Origin: Candidatus Saccharimonadota bacterium
Lineage (GTDB): Bacteria; Pseudomonadota; Alphaproteobacteria; Rickettsiales; Anaplasmataceae
Assembly: GCF_013365495.1 (NCBI RefSeq)
Contig: NZ_CP046580.1
Location: 831,428 to 863,427, forward strand
Reading direction: 5' to 3'
DNA length: 32,000 nt
Under the pieces are notes generated by a model. It had not been told where the DNA came from, ran no database searches, and saw only the letters and a list, made by a program, of their open reading frames with translations. Made by a program: the position numbers and the translations under genes. Of the stretch, positions 1 to 8,597 are shown in pieces; within the stretch, counting starts at the first letter, position 1, and the number at the start of each line of letters is the position of its first letter.

Positions 1-1
1 T

Positions 2-736
2 ATGGAGCTTTTGCTTACAATTGATACAGTAAAAAGATTAAGAGCTAAAAAAATAACAACAATTATTCCTTATTATGGATATAGCAGACAAGATAGAATT
101 ATTAAAAATAATAATATGCAATCCGCTTTAAGTGCTAAACTGGTAACAAATCTTATTAAAACTGCAGGTACAAATAGTGTTGCAGTGATTGATATTCATT
201 CAGATCAAATTGAGGGTTTTTTTGATGTACCAATAACTAACCTGAACTGCTTTGAAATATTTGTTGAATCCATATATACAGAAAACTTAGCAATAGTTGC
301 ACCTGATATTGGAGCGATTGGTAGAGCACGTACTTTTGCGAAAATTTTAGAAAAAAAACATGAGATAAGATTTAATAATGAAATTATTATAATAGATAAA
401 TATAGAGAAAAAGCAGGTATATCTCAAGTAATGAACATAATAGGAAAAGTAACAAATAAAAATTGTGTTATTGTTGACGATATAGTTGATTCTGGTGGAA
501 CACTATGTAGTACAGCTCATGCTTTAAAAAGTCATGGGGCAATATCTGTAGTCTCATGCATAACACATAGTGTCCTTTCAGGAAACGCAGTTGAAAAAAT
601 TTCTTCCTCCTCTCTAGATAAACTAATAACTACAGACAGTATACTTCACAAACTAAAAAAAACTAGTAAAATAGAAGTTATTTCAATAGCGAATATTTTA
701 ACCAATTTTATTAGAGGAAATCAAGATGTCGATTAG
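2..736 (+). CDS. prs: ribose-phosphate pyrophosphokinase (PRPP synthetase), 5' end cut by window edge
   Basis: The ORF is open from the window start. It carries Prs hallmarks: 'IIPYYGYSRQDR' and the PRPP-binding loop 'CVIVDDIVDSGGTL'. Confidence 0.9.
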   Translation: MELLLTIDTVKRLRAKKITTIIPYYGYSRQDRIIKNNNMQSALSAKLVTNLIKTAGTNSVAVIDIHSDQIEGFFDVPITNLNCFEIFVESIYTENLAIVAPDIGAIGRARTFAKILEKKHEIRFNNEIIIIDKYREKAGISQVMNIIGKVTNKNCVIVDDIVDSGGTLCSTAHALKSHGAISVVSCITHSVLSGNAVEKISSSSLDKLITTDSILHKLKKTSKIEVISIANILTNFIRGNQDVD

Positions 737-1079
737 ATCCACAGAAGATATAATCACTTCACTAATAGAATTTGCAAACAAGAGAAAAGTAACAATTACT
801 AAAAAAGAAATGCTTAAAATTGCACAACTTGTAAGAATCAAGTTATCAAACGATGAAACTGAGCATTACTCTAAAGAATTAACAATGCTAGATTGGATAC
901 ATGATACTTTGTTACAAGTCAATACTGAAGGTATCTCTCCTGTACGTTATGGTACTATAGATAAAAACATTCACTTACACAATAATGTTACCAATTCCAA
1001 AAGTATGAAAGAAGAAATACTATCCAATACAAAATCTGAACATGGATATTTTGTAGTACCAAAAGCTATAAACAACTAA
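726..1079 (+). CDS. gatC: Asp/Glu-tRNA amidotransferase subunit C
   Basis: 117 aa. The pattern 'I..IAQLVRIKLSNDE...L..IL....QV.T.G..P' and the C-terminal 'GYFVVPKAI' are typical of GatC. The start overlaps the prs stop by 11 nt. Confidence 0.8.
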   Translation: MSIRSTEDIITSLIEFANKRKVTITKKEMLKIAQLVRIKLSNDETEHYSKELTMLDWIHDTLLQVNTEGISPVRYGTIDKNIHLHNNVTNSKSMKEEILSNTKSEHGYFVVPKAINN

Positions 1080-1268
1080 AATAAAACAAGACTTCTTAAA
1101 AAAAATATCAATATTAAATATTATTAATACGTAGCTTTAAGTATAAATTTATCACGAAAATACAAACCAATTCTAAAAACATAGAGTTGTTTATTGCATA
1201 ATTAAGAAGTTTATGACTTCGTTTGAATATTTGATATAATAATAAAATTATAAGTCATTAAAGTCAAT

Positions 1269-2495
1269 ATGAATGAAATAATAACATTTGGTTGTCGTCT
1301 AAATTTTTATGAAAGTGAACTGATCAAAGAAGCACTAAAAAAAGCAAGAAGAAAAAATATCATTGTGATACACAGCTGTGCAGTAACAAACGAAGCAGAA
1401 CGTCAAGTAAAACAAAAAATACGTAAGATTCATAAAAATGATCCAAATAAAGAGATTATCGTAGTTGGCTGTGCTGTTCAATTAGATCCTAAATCATATA
1501 GTAACATCCCTGGCGTAAGTAAAGTATTAAATAATCAAGACAAGCTAAAAGCTACAAATTATTTGCTAAATGATAATAAAATATTAGCCAGTGATAACCA
1601 AGAAAGTAGTTCCTTAATTAATAAATTTGAAAACAAGTCAAGAGCATTTATTAAAATTCAAAATGGCTGTAACCATGATTGTACATTCTGCTCAATTACT
1701 AAAGCAAGAGGTAATAACAAATCTGTACCAATAAAGAGTATTATTGAACAAATAAGGATTTTCATAGCAAATAATTATCAAGAAGTAGTACTTACAGGAG
1801 TTGATATTAGTGATTTTGGTACAGACTTATTTGGAAAACCTTCACTTGGTTCAATGATCAAAAAAGTTTTAAAAGACGTTCCAGAACTGAAGAGACTTAG
1901 ACTTTCCTCTATTGACATTGCCGAAATTGATAACGAATTAATGGATCTAATAGTCAACGAATCAAGATTTATGCCATATCTACACTTAAGTTTACAATCT
2001 GGCAATAATTTAATCCTAAAAAGAATGAAACGCCGTCATAACAAAGAACAAGTAATAGAATTTTGTCATAAAGTAAAAAACTTAAGACCTGATATAGCAT
2101 ATGGTGCTGATATTATTACTGGATTTCCAACAGAAACTGATGAAATGTTTCAGGATACAGTTAATCTCCTAAAAGAAGCAAACATAGTTTACCTACATGC
2201 TTTCCCATACTCAAAGCAAAAGGACACACCTGCAGCACGAATGCCACAAGTACCAGAAAATATACGTAAAGAAAGGGCAAAAAAGCTAAGAAAAATAAAT
2301 GAAGAAATGATGATCAACTTTTATCAATCTCTGATAGGTACTAAACAAAATGTTCTGGTTGAAAAAAATAATATTGGCAAAGCAGAAAATTTTGCATCAG
2401 TAAAGCTTTTATCAAAGGCTGAAAGAAAAAACATTGTAAAAGCTAATATTATAGGAATGGAAAGAAATTATTTAATTGGAAGTATTCTTTCTTAA
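1269..2495 (+). CDS. mtaB: MiaB-like radical-SAM tRNA methylthiotransferase (MtaB type)
   Basis: N-terminal MTTase domain ('TFGCRLNFYESE', 'IHSCAVT', 'VVGCAVQ'). Radical-SAM CxxxCxxC motif 'GCNHDCTFCSITKARG'. 408 aa. Confidence 0.8.
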   Translation: MNEIITFGCRLNFYESELIKEALKKARRKNIIVIHSCAVTNEAERQVKQKIRKIHKNDPNKEIIVVGCAVQLDPKSYSNIPGVSKVLNNQDKLKATNYLLNDNKILASDNQESSSLINKFENKSRAFIKIQNGCNHDCTFCSITKARGNNKSVPIKSIIEQIRIFIANNYQEVVLTGVDISDFGTDLFGKPSLGSMIKKVLKDVPELKRLRLSSIDIAEIDNELMDLIVNESRFMPYLHLSLQSGNNLILKRMKRRHNKEQVIEFCHKVKNLRPDIAYGADIITGFPTETDEMFQDTVNLLKEANIVYLHAFPYSKQKDTPAARMPQVPENIRKERAKKLRKINEEMMINFYQSLIGTKQNVLVEKNNIGKAENFASVKLLSKAERKNIVKANIIGMERNYLIGSILS

Positions 2496-2511
2496 TTTTC
2501 ATAAAAATGAA

Positions 2512-3357
2512 ATGCATATAACATTACAAATTACAAATTTATTCGTGACTAAAAAATCTGTTGTTTTTAATGTATTACTAATCTTATGCACCATTTTTTT
2601 TTCTGTCCAAGCTGATCATTATCCAGATAATAAACAGTTCATAGATAACTTAATATTTACAAAAGCATCTGCACATCATGAATCTAAAAAAAAAATTAAT
2701 AAAAAAGAATCTATGTCAGCTAAAGATAGAAAACTTAATTTTTATATCAGTGCTAACCTTGGTAAGGTATACTCAGATAATTCAAAACTATTTATAAATG
2801 GCATAAAAGCAATTAGAGAAAGAGTATCTACCTTAGTTAAAAAAAACCGCTATGATTCTATAATAAAAAATATAGTTGCAGATGAAATCAAAAGCGTAAG
2901 AAAATTTAATGGCGAAATTAATTTTCATTGGCTCAACAGCATATCTTTAGGTTGCTATACAAGCAAAAACTGCCGAGTTGCTTTTGAAGCTACGTGCTCT
3001 AAGATTGATATCAAAAATGATCACTCTTCTTCAGTATTTGACAGATCAGCTAATATATTTGCATTTTTGTTTAATATTTATTACAGCCCAAATATTCAAG
3101 ATATACAAATTACTCCATATATTGCCCTTGGCATAGGATCAGCAGTTTTTAAATTAAAAAAAATTAATGAATTATCACAAAACTTAATGCCACTAAACAT
3201 TCCTTGGTTCGCTTATCAAATAAAATTTGGTGTTGACTACCTAATAATTCCAGGAATAAAACCTTCATTTGGTTACCGTTACTTCAGTACTTCAATACCT
3301 ATTGCAGAGAACATATCAACTCATAGTATCGAGATCGGTTTAACATTAAACTTCTAA
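2512..3357 (+). CDS. outer-membrane beta-barrel protein, Msp4/OMP-1 (P28/MAP1)-like surface antigen family
   Basis: I prefer the ATG at 2512 because the ORF-track start at 2476 overlaps mtaB. The signal-like N-terminus ends 'FFSVQA'. Blocks resemble Anaplasmataceae OMP-1 proteins: 'NFYISA', 'RVAFEATCSKIDIKN', 'AFLFNIYY..ITPYIALGIGSA', 'YQIKFGVDY'. The C-terminus is the typical 'IEIGLTLNF'. Confidence 0.65.
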   Translation: MHITLQITNLFVTKKSVVFNVLLILCTIFFSVQADHYPDNKQFIDNLIFTKASAHHESKKKINKKESMSAKDRKLNFYISANLGKVYSDNSKLFINGIKAIRERVSTLVKKNRYDSIIKNIVADEIKSVRKFNGEINFHWLNSISLGCYTSKNCRVAFEATCSKIDIKNDHSSSVFDRSANIFAFLFNIYYSPNIQDIQITPYIALGIGSAVFKLKKINELSQNLMPLNIPWFAYQIKFGVDYLIIPGIKPSFGYRYFSTSIPIAENISTHSIEIGLTLNF

Positions 3358-3402
3358 TCTAAAGACTCTATATATATCCTCACCCTTCTTAATTAGAAAC
3401 AA

Positions 3403-3444
3403 AACAGTCGGTAATTACTGTTCTAAACAGTTGTTTGTTTTCAA
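3403..3444 (+). terminator. possible intrinsic terminator after the OMP gene
   Basis: Stem aacagt (3403-3408) pairs with actgtt (3417-3422) around an 8-nt loop. It is nested in the imperfect outer pairing gaaacaaa/tttgtttc and followed by the T-rich 'ttgtttgtttt'. This is one of the few G-containing patches in a G-poor spacer. Confidence 0.3.
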
Positions 3445-4571
3445 TATTACTCCAGCTTCCTCGTACTTTATAATATAATAAAAAACTTTATCATTTCCTT
3501 ATATCCTATCAATTTATTCATTAACTAACTTAAGACCTCTTAACATAAAATCAATTATGATTCAATAATTAAAATACCACTATTCAATCTTGCCTTACTC
3601 TATTCTATATTCACTATACCCTACATTTAGATTTTTTAATGTAACCACTAATTTTTTTTTACAAAACTGAAATAATATCCACAAATTTTTATAGCAAAAA
3701 TATTATACCAAAAATTATCAACCAATAATATTACTGCACTCTGTTTCAGAGTGCTGACATAATTAAAATTATTATCCTCTATACATCAGAAAATAAATTT
3801 AATTTTCAATAAAAACAGTCATTGCTGATGATTATTAATAATATATACTCCAAAAACTTTAAACAGTAAAAGTATAAACTTACTACTTTCATTAAATTTT
3901 TTAGTTAATTAAAGAAAAATTTATTATTAAATGAATACAAAAAGACATTGCCCAACAAATAATAACCCAACTATTTCACTCTCATATTATCTCACTCCTA
4001 CAAAATACAATTGCTAACTATAAGTATTTTTAAAACTCTATAAAAACTAATTTCTTGGTTAACTATTCTTCCATTACTTAGATAATAAATTTAACATCAT
4101 CACTTTATTTCAAAATTATTTCATTTTTAACTTTTAAATAATATACTCACTATTTTCTTATTTACGTTTAAACTAGTTTTTAAAAACTTTTCTATTTTGA
4201 CATTAAACTCCTTACTAATAATTTTTGCATATATTAATAAAGTAAGTTTTTGCTTACAAAAGACTATGAACTTATGAGAAAAGACAAGATTTTCGTGCTT
4301 CACCATTCTGAATAGATATTTTTCATGTAACCTTTATTAAAAACTTACTTACCTCAAATTGTAACAATCTTCATAATTTACTCATATAAACATACCCCAT
4401 ACCCTCCTAAAAAAAAGAACACATAAAAAACAATAATATTCAAAGAAAATAAACCTCAAAACCATTTAAAAAGATCCTAATTATTGATTTACCTTTAATG
4501 TTTTAAAAATCTTTATTGAAATAGTGTTAGTCTCCATTTGCTCAAATTTATAGTCACTAACTATTATAAAA

Positions 4572-5468
4572 CTATATCTTCAATATCTTATCATCCACAC
4601 ATTCATCGTATTCAATTTCAACTGTAGAATGAGCAATTTTAAACTCATTTAATAATATTTTCTTTATCTCATATAAAATACCAGTATGTTGTGCATCTTG
4701 CCTCACCTTAGCATGCATAGTAATTATAAAATAATTATCAGACAGTGACCATGCATGTATATGATGTATATCAATAACTTCAGGTAGCTTAGATATTATC
4801 CTACTCTTTATCCCTTCAGCTGATACCCCTTCAGGAGTACCTTCAAGAAGAATATGACAAGAACTTTTAAGAATTTTATAGCCGCTGCTTAGAATTACTA
4901 TGCTAACAAATACTGATAAAACAGGATCCACTACTTGCCATCCAGTTAGCATGATAATTATAGATGCAAATATAGCAGCTATAGAACCTAAAATATCCCC
5001 TATAACATGCAACACAGCGCTTTTTATATTTATATTACTTTCACATTTACTATGCAATATAAAAAAAACTACAACATTAGCAATTAGTCCAAATGTAGCA
5101 ATAATTAACATTATTTTCCATTCAATATCGACTGGAAAAATAAATCTTCTTATTGACTCAACTATAATAATCACAGAAATAAAAAATAAAGTCAAACCAT
5201 TAACAAACGCTGCAATTATTTGCAATCTATGATATCCGTATGATCTCTGTAGATCAGACTTCTTAGCTGAAAATTTATGTGCTATCCAACTTAATACTAA
5301 AGCAAAAAGATCAATAAGCATATGACCTGCATCCGACAATAGAGCAAGTGAATGCGAAATTATTCCACCTACTATTTCCATAAACATTGTAATTGCAACT
5401 ATTATTATAGAATGAATTAAACGCTTGGACTCTGCTGCTGAATGTTTGCCGTTATGTACTGCTATCAT
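4572..5468 (-). CDS. cation diffusion facilitator family divalent-metal efflux transporter (CzcD/ZitB-like)
   Basis: 298 aa with six hydrophobic segments. CDF signature 'SLALLSDAGHMLIDLFAL' and 'HVIGDILGS'. C-terminal cytoplasmic domain 'IHHIHAWSL'. Confidence 0.85.
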   Translation of the reverse strand: MIAVHNGKHSAAESKRLIHSIIIVAITMFMEIVGGIISHSLALLSDAGHMLIDLFALVLSWIAHKFSAKKSDLQRSYGYHRLQIIAAFVNGLTLFFISVIIIVESIRRFIFPVDIEWKIMLIIATFGLIANVVVFFILHSKCESNINIKSAVLHVIGDILGSIAAIFASIIIMLTGWQVVDPVLSVFVSIVILSSGYKILKSSCHILLEGTPEGVSAEGIKSRIISKLPEVIDIHHIHAWSLSDNYFIITMHAKVRQDAQHTGILYEIKKILLNEFKIAHSTVEIEYDECVDDKILKI

Positions 5469-5494
5469 ACAAACCTTTCATGGATAGAAAAAAG

Positions 5495-5567
5495 TGGGTA
5501 ACACTGGGCTCGAACCAATGACCTCTTGCACGTCAAGCAAGTGCTCCACCAACTGAGCTAGTTACCC
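5495..5567 (-). tRNA. tRNA-Val (anticodon GAC); CCA not encoded
   Basis: The reverse complement reads GGGTAAC-TA-GCTC-AGTTGGTG-GAGC-A-CTTGC-TTGACGT-GCAAG-AGGTC-ATTGG-TTCGAGC-CCAGT-GTTACCC-A. This folds as a 7-bp acceptor stem plus D, anticodon and T arms. The anticodon loop TTGACGT gives GAC. Confidence 0.93.
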
Positions 5568-5578
5568 ATTATGGCTTT

Positions 5579-5608
5579 AGTATACTTTCTCAGTAGAATT
5601 AAAGTCAA
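5579..5608 (-). promoter_or_regulatory. candidate sigma70-type promoter for tRNA-Val (and probably the CDF gene downstream)
   Basis: The minus strand reads TTGACT (5608-5603), an 18-nt spacer, then TATACT (5584-5579). The -10 element ends 11 nt before the mature tRNA 5' end. AT-rich DNA produces -10-like hexamers by chance. Confidence 0.4.
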
Positions 5609-7636
5609 TTTACTTTTAAAGTATATATTTATCACTTTATCTAATATAATCTAAAAAAACAATATATAGAATCTCAGCTATATTCTGTAACTTAATATAT
5701 CAAATTCATCTTTCATATTTTTATTCAAATTAGAATTTAAAATATATTAAAATATATAAAATAAAAAAACAAAATATTAATCACACACTAAAAATACAAT
5801 AGTTGAGCAAAATTATATGAAAAGTAAATTACAAACAATAGGAACCATAGCAAACAATTACTAACCTAATAAAAATAAAGATCACAAATGATCATGCTTC
5901 TCAAAACAATTTATGAAAAATAAGTTCAAGTAATCTTTTAATAAAGCAGTCTAATCACTATATTAAAGTATATCTCTTGACAAAATAAAAAAAACTTTAC
6001 TATTAGAAAATAAATAACTTTTATAAAAGGAAAATATTTTTTTTATAAAAATGATAAACTGACTTGATATCAAAAATACATAAAAAACATTATAAAAATA
6101 TAAAATACATTCAGTAAGAACTATAATCATGATATATAATTGATGAAATTATATATGACAACTATACATAAAACAAGGTTTATCAATTACTCAATAAGTG
6201 ATCAAGGTAAATATATAGACTCTAATATATTATAAATTCATATATATAAAATTTATTACGTCATATACTAAATCAGGTTCAAAAAGGTTAAACTGAAAAC
6301 AAACAAGAAAAATTTAGTATATTTAAAGATAAAATTAGGAATTATTAGAAATAACTTCTCAAAAAAAATAACCATTATCTAATAAATTAAAAAATTTATA
6401 GTTATAAAATTAATAACATATTATACAAAAAACTTCTAAAGAATAGCTGACTAGCATAAAGTAATAATAAAATTTAAGAAATTTATATAAAATATAATAT
6501 TTAAATAAAAAGTAAGTTAAAAAAGATTAAGAGATCAAAAAAAAGAGCAGTAAATATTCTCAACAAGAAATAATATTAATATTTCAAAGTAAACAAATTT
6601 AATAATCACTGAAGTCAATACTTAAATCGCGACTTAATCAACAATAATTTTAAAATAAAAATTTTTAAAGATCTACTAATCAAAATAACAATACTATTAT
6701 CATAATAAAAATCTTCTCAAAGTGTTAAAAAATATTAATCTCAATGAAATTTCTCAAATCAAAAAAGATAATAATTCATTCCTATCACATGGAAACATTA
6801 CACTTCAAACTCTTTTTTTTACTTAAAAATTTAAAAAAAACTAAAATATTTAATAGTAGTCATGATATTATATACCAAATAACAGTATTATATTATCCCT
6901 AATACAACCATATTAGTATATGTATTCCTAATGGTGAAAATAATGGCTATACCGTGCAAAGATCAATTATCATGATTACAACCATATCATCAAACATAAA
7001 TTTATTTATATGTCAACATTTTCTTAATTTCATACTAATCTAAATAAAACCTTAATAAAATATTTAACAAAACATGTTTTTTAATTCATAAATAATGAGA
7101 AATGCAATTTTATAAAACTAATTAACAACAAGTATAAAAATCTCACTTTAAAAAAACAGTAAAAAACGTATTGCATTATCAAATGTACAGCAGTTATCGT
7201 ACATTTTGAAAAAAATTATTAAAATTAAAATATTAACAATTTATTCATACAGTAGCGGAATATAGAAAAATTCTAAGTGCCATTTTCTTTCAAAAACAAT
7301 AACGCAAAAACACCCTATCACAATGCTAAGTAAAATTACTAAATCTAATTACACTAAATCGAGAAAAAACATAGCCGATGAAAAAGATGAAGTAAAATCT
7401 AATACCTTTCACACTTTCGAAACAAAATAAGTTTAAATAAAGTTAAACTTACTTTTCTAGTAATCCTATTTATAATTTTAACATCATCTCAAAAATCAAG
7501 GTTCATAAACAAAATAAAGAGCAATAACAAAAATGTGAAGACATCAATACCAAAAATAGATAAAAGCTCTAAGCAATTAAAAAAAACAACGTAAGACCAA
7601 TATTACAATAAATTTTAATAACATAAAAACTTATCT

Positions 7637-8533
7637 TTAAAAAGAACTATAATAATGTAGCACTGCCTTACGCATTGCTAACCCGAACTCTACCTGCCGC
7701 AAAATAACACAATCTGCTATATCACTACTAATTTCAACTCCTCTATTTATCGGTCCAGGATGCATAACAATAGTATCAGATTTTGCATACGATAACTTCC
7801 TCAAATCAAGCCCATATAAATGAAAATACTCTCTCTCCGAAGAGATAAAATAACCATTACTCATGCGCTCCTTCTGTAATCTTAAAAGCATAATTACATC
7901 AGCATCTTTTATACCTTCAATTAATGAATGATAAACTAAATTTACTTCAGAAAAATGTCTACAAATCAGAGTTGGGGGAGCAATCAAGCATATTTTCGCT
8001 CCAAACATTTTAAATAATCTCATGTTTGATCTTGCAACTCTACTATGCAAAATATCTCCACATATCACAATTTTAAGATTTTTTATCTGATTTTTATAAC
8101 TGCTAACAACAAAATAATCGGTAAGGGCTTGAGTTGGATGTTCACTACTTCCAGTTCCTGCATTAATGAGTGAACAGTTAACACTTTGAGCTAATATATC
8201 AATAAAATCACTATTTTTTTGCCTAATTATTATGTAATCAGGATTCATTGCATCTAATGTTTTTATCATATCCTTCAAACCTTCTCCCTTATTAATAGAA
8301 GAAGATTTTATTGGTAAAGTTAGAACATTTGCTCCAAGACTTTTTGCTGCTATTTCAAAAGATGCAAGTGTACGTGTTGAGTCTTCAAAGAATAAATTTA
8401 TTACTGTCTTACCTTCTAAAAGGTGACAATTTACAACTTTATTTTTAAAGTATTGACTAGCTAAATCAATTATATTTTTTACATCATCAACTGTGAGATC
8501 TCGTATGCTAAGTAAGTTCTTTCTACTACCCAT
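7637..8533 (-). CDS. pyrB: aspartate carbamoyltransferase catalytic subunit
   Basis: 298 aa. Motifs 'FFEDSTRTLASFE' (STRT carbamoyl-phosphate site), 'HPTQAL' and 'HPGPINRGVEI'. Confidence 0.92.
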   Translation of the reverse strand: MGSRKNLLSIRDLTVDDVKNIIDLASQYFKNKVVNCHLLEGKTVINLFFEDSTRTLASFEIAAKSLGANVLTLPIKSSSINKGEGLKDMIKTLDAMNPDYIIIRQKNSDFIDILAQSVNCSLINAGTGSSEHPTQALTDYFVVSSYKNQIKNLKIVICGDILHSRVARSNMRLFKMFGAKICLIAPPTLICRHFSEVNLVYHSLIEGIKDADVIMLLRLQKERMSNGYFISSEREYFHLYGLDLRKLSYAKSDTIVMHPGPINRGVEISSDIADCVILRQVEFGLAMRKAVLHYYSSF

Positions 8534-8568
8534 AGCTTTTTCTTAAGAGATAATTATAATTAAAATCT

Positions 8569-8597
8569 ATTCTACTTTCTTATACCTTAATTTTCAA
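8569..8597 (-). promoter_or_regulatory. candidate promoter for pyrB
   Basis: The minus strand reads TTGAAA (8597-8592), a 17-nt spacer, then TAGAAT (8574-8569). The -10 element ends 35 nt upstream of the pyrB ATG. Confidence 0.35.

Noticed and set aside
3675-3683. DnaA-box-like 'aTATCCACA' (8 of 9 to TTATCCACA), plus several 'ATCCACT' heptamers in spacers (about 8600, 9174, 14944, 18554), raising the idea of an origin or DnaA-titration region.
   Set aside because: There is only a single near-consensus box, with no cluster, no adjacent dnaA, hemE or similar context, and no skew switch in the window. By a rough composition-based estimate the heptamer count is only a few-fold over chance.
7181-7206. 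Hairpin aaatgtac-(10 nt)-gtacattt in the tRNA-Val/pyrB blank, considered as a terminator of an unannotated small RNA.
   Set aside because: The stem is mostly A:T, the trailing T-run is only 3-4 nt and partly within the stem, and I could not pair it with an upstream promoter.
7323-7430. Small ORFs in G-containing islands of spacers: a 35-aa ATG ORF at 7323-7430 and a 33-aa ATG ORF at 24561-24662.
   Set aside because: They have no SD and no recognisable motif, and their lengths are within chance expectation. They are worth revisiting only if conserved in relatives or covered by ribosome profiling.
5568-7636. Possibility that the blanks next to tRNA-Val (5568-7636) and next to ssrA/sspB (23340-23744, 24478-25433) are decayed genomic islands integrated at tRNA or tmRNA genes.
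   Set aside because: There is no integrase, transposase or phage ORF or fragment. I could find no direct repeat of the tRNA or tmRNA 3' end (for example 'gggtaac'/'gttaccc' or the tmRNA acceptor strand) in the flanking spacers. Composition matches the other spacers.
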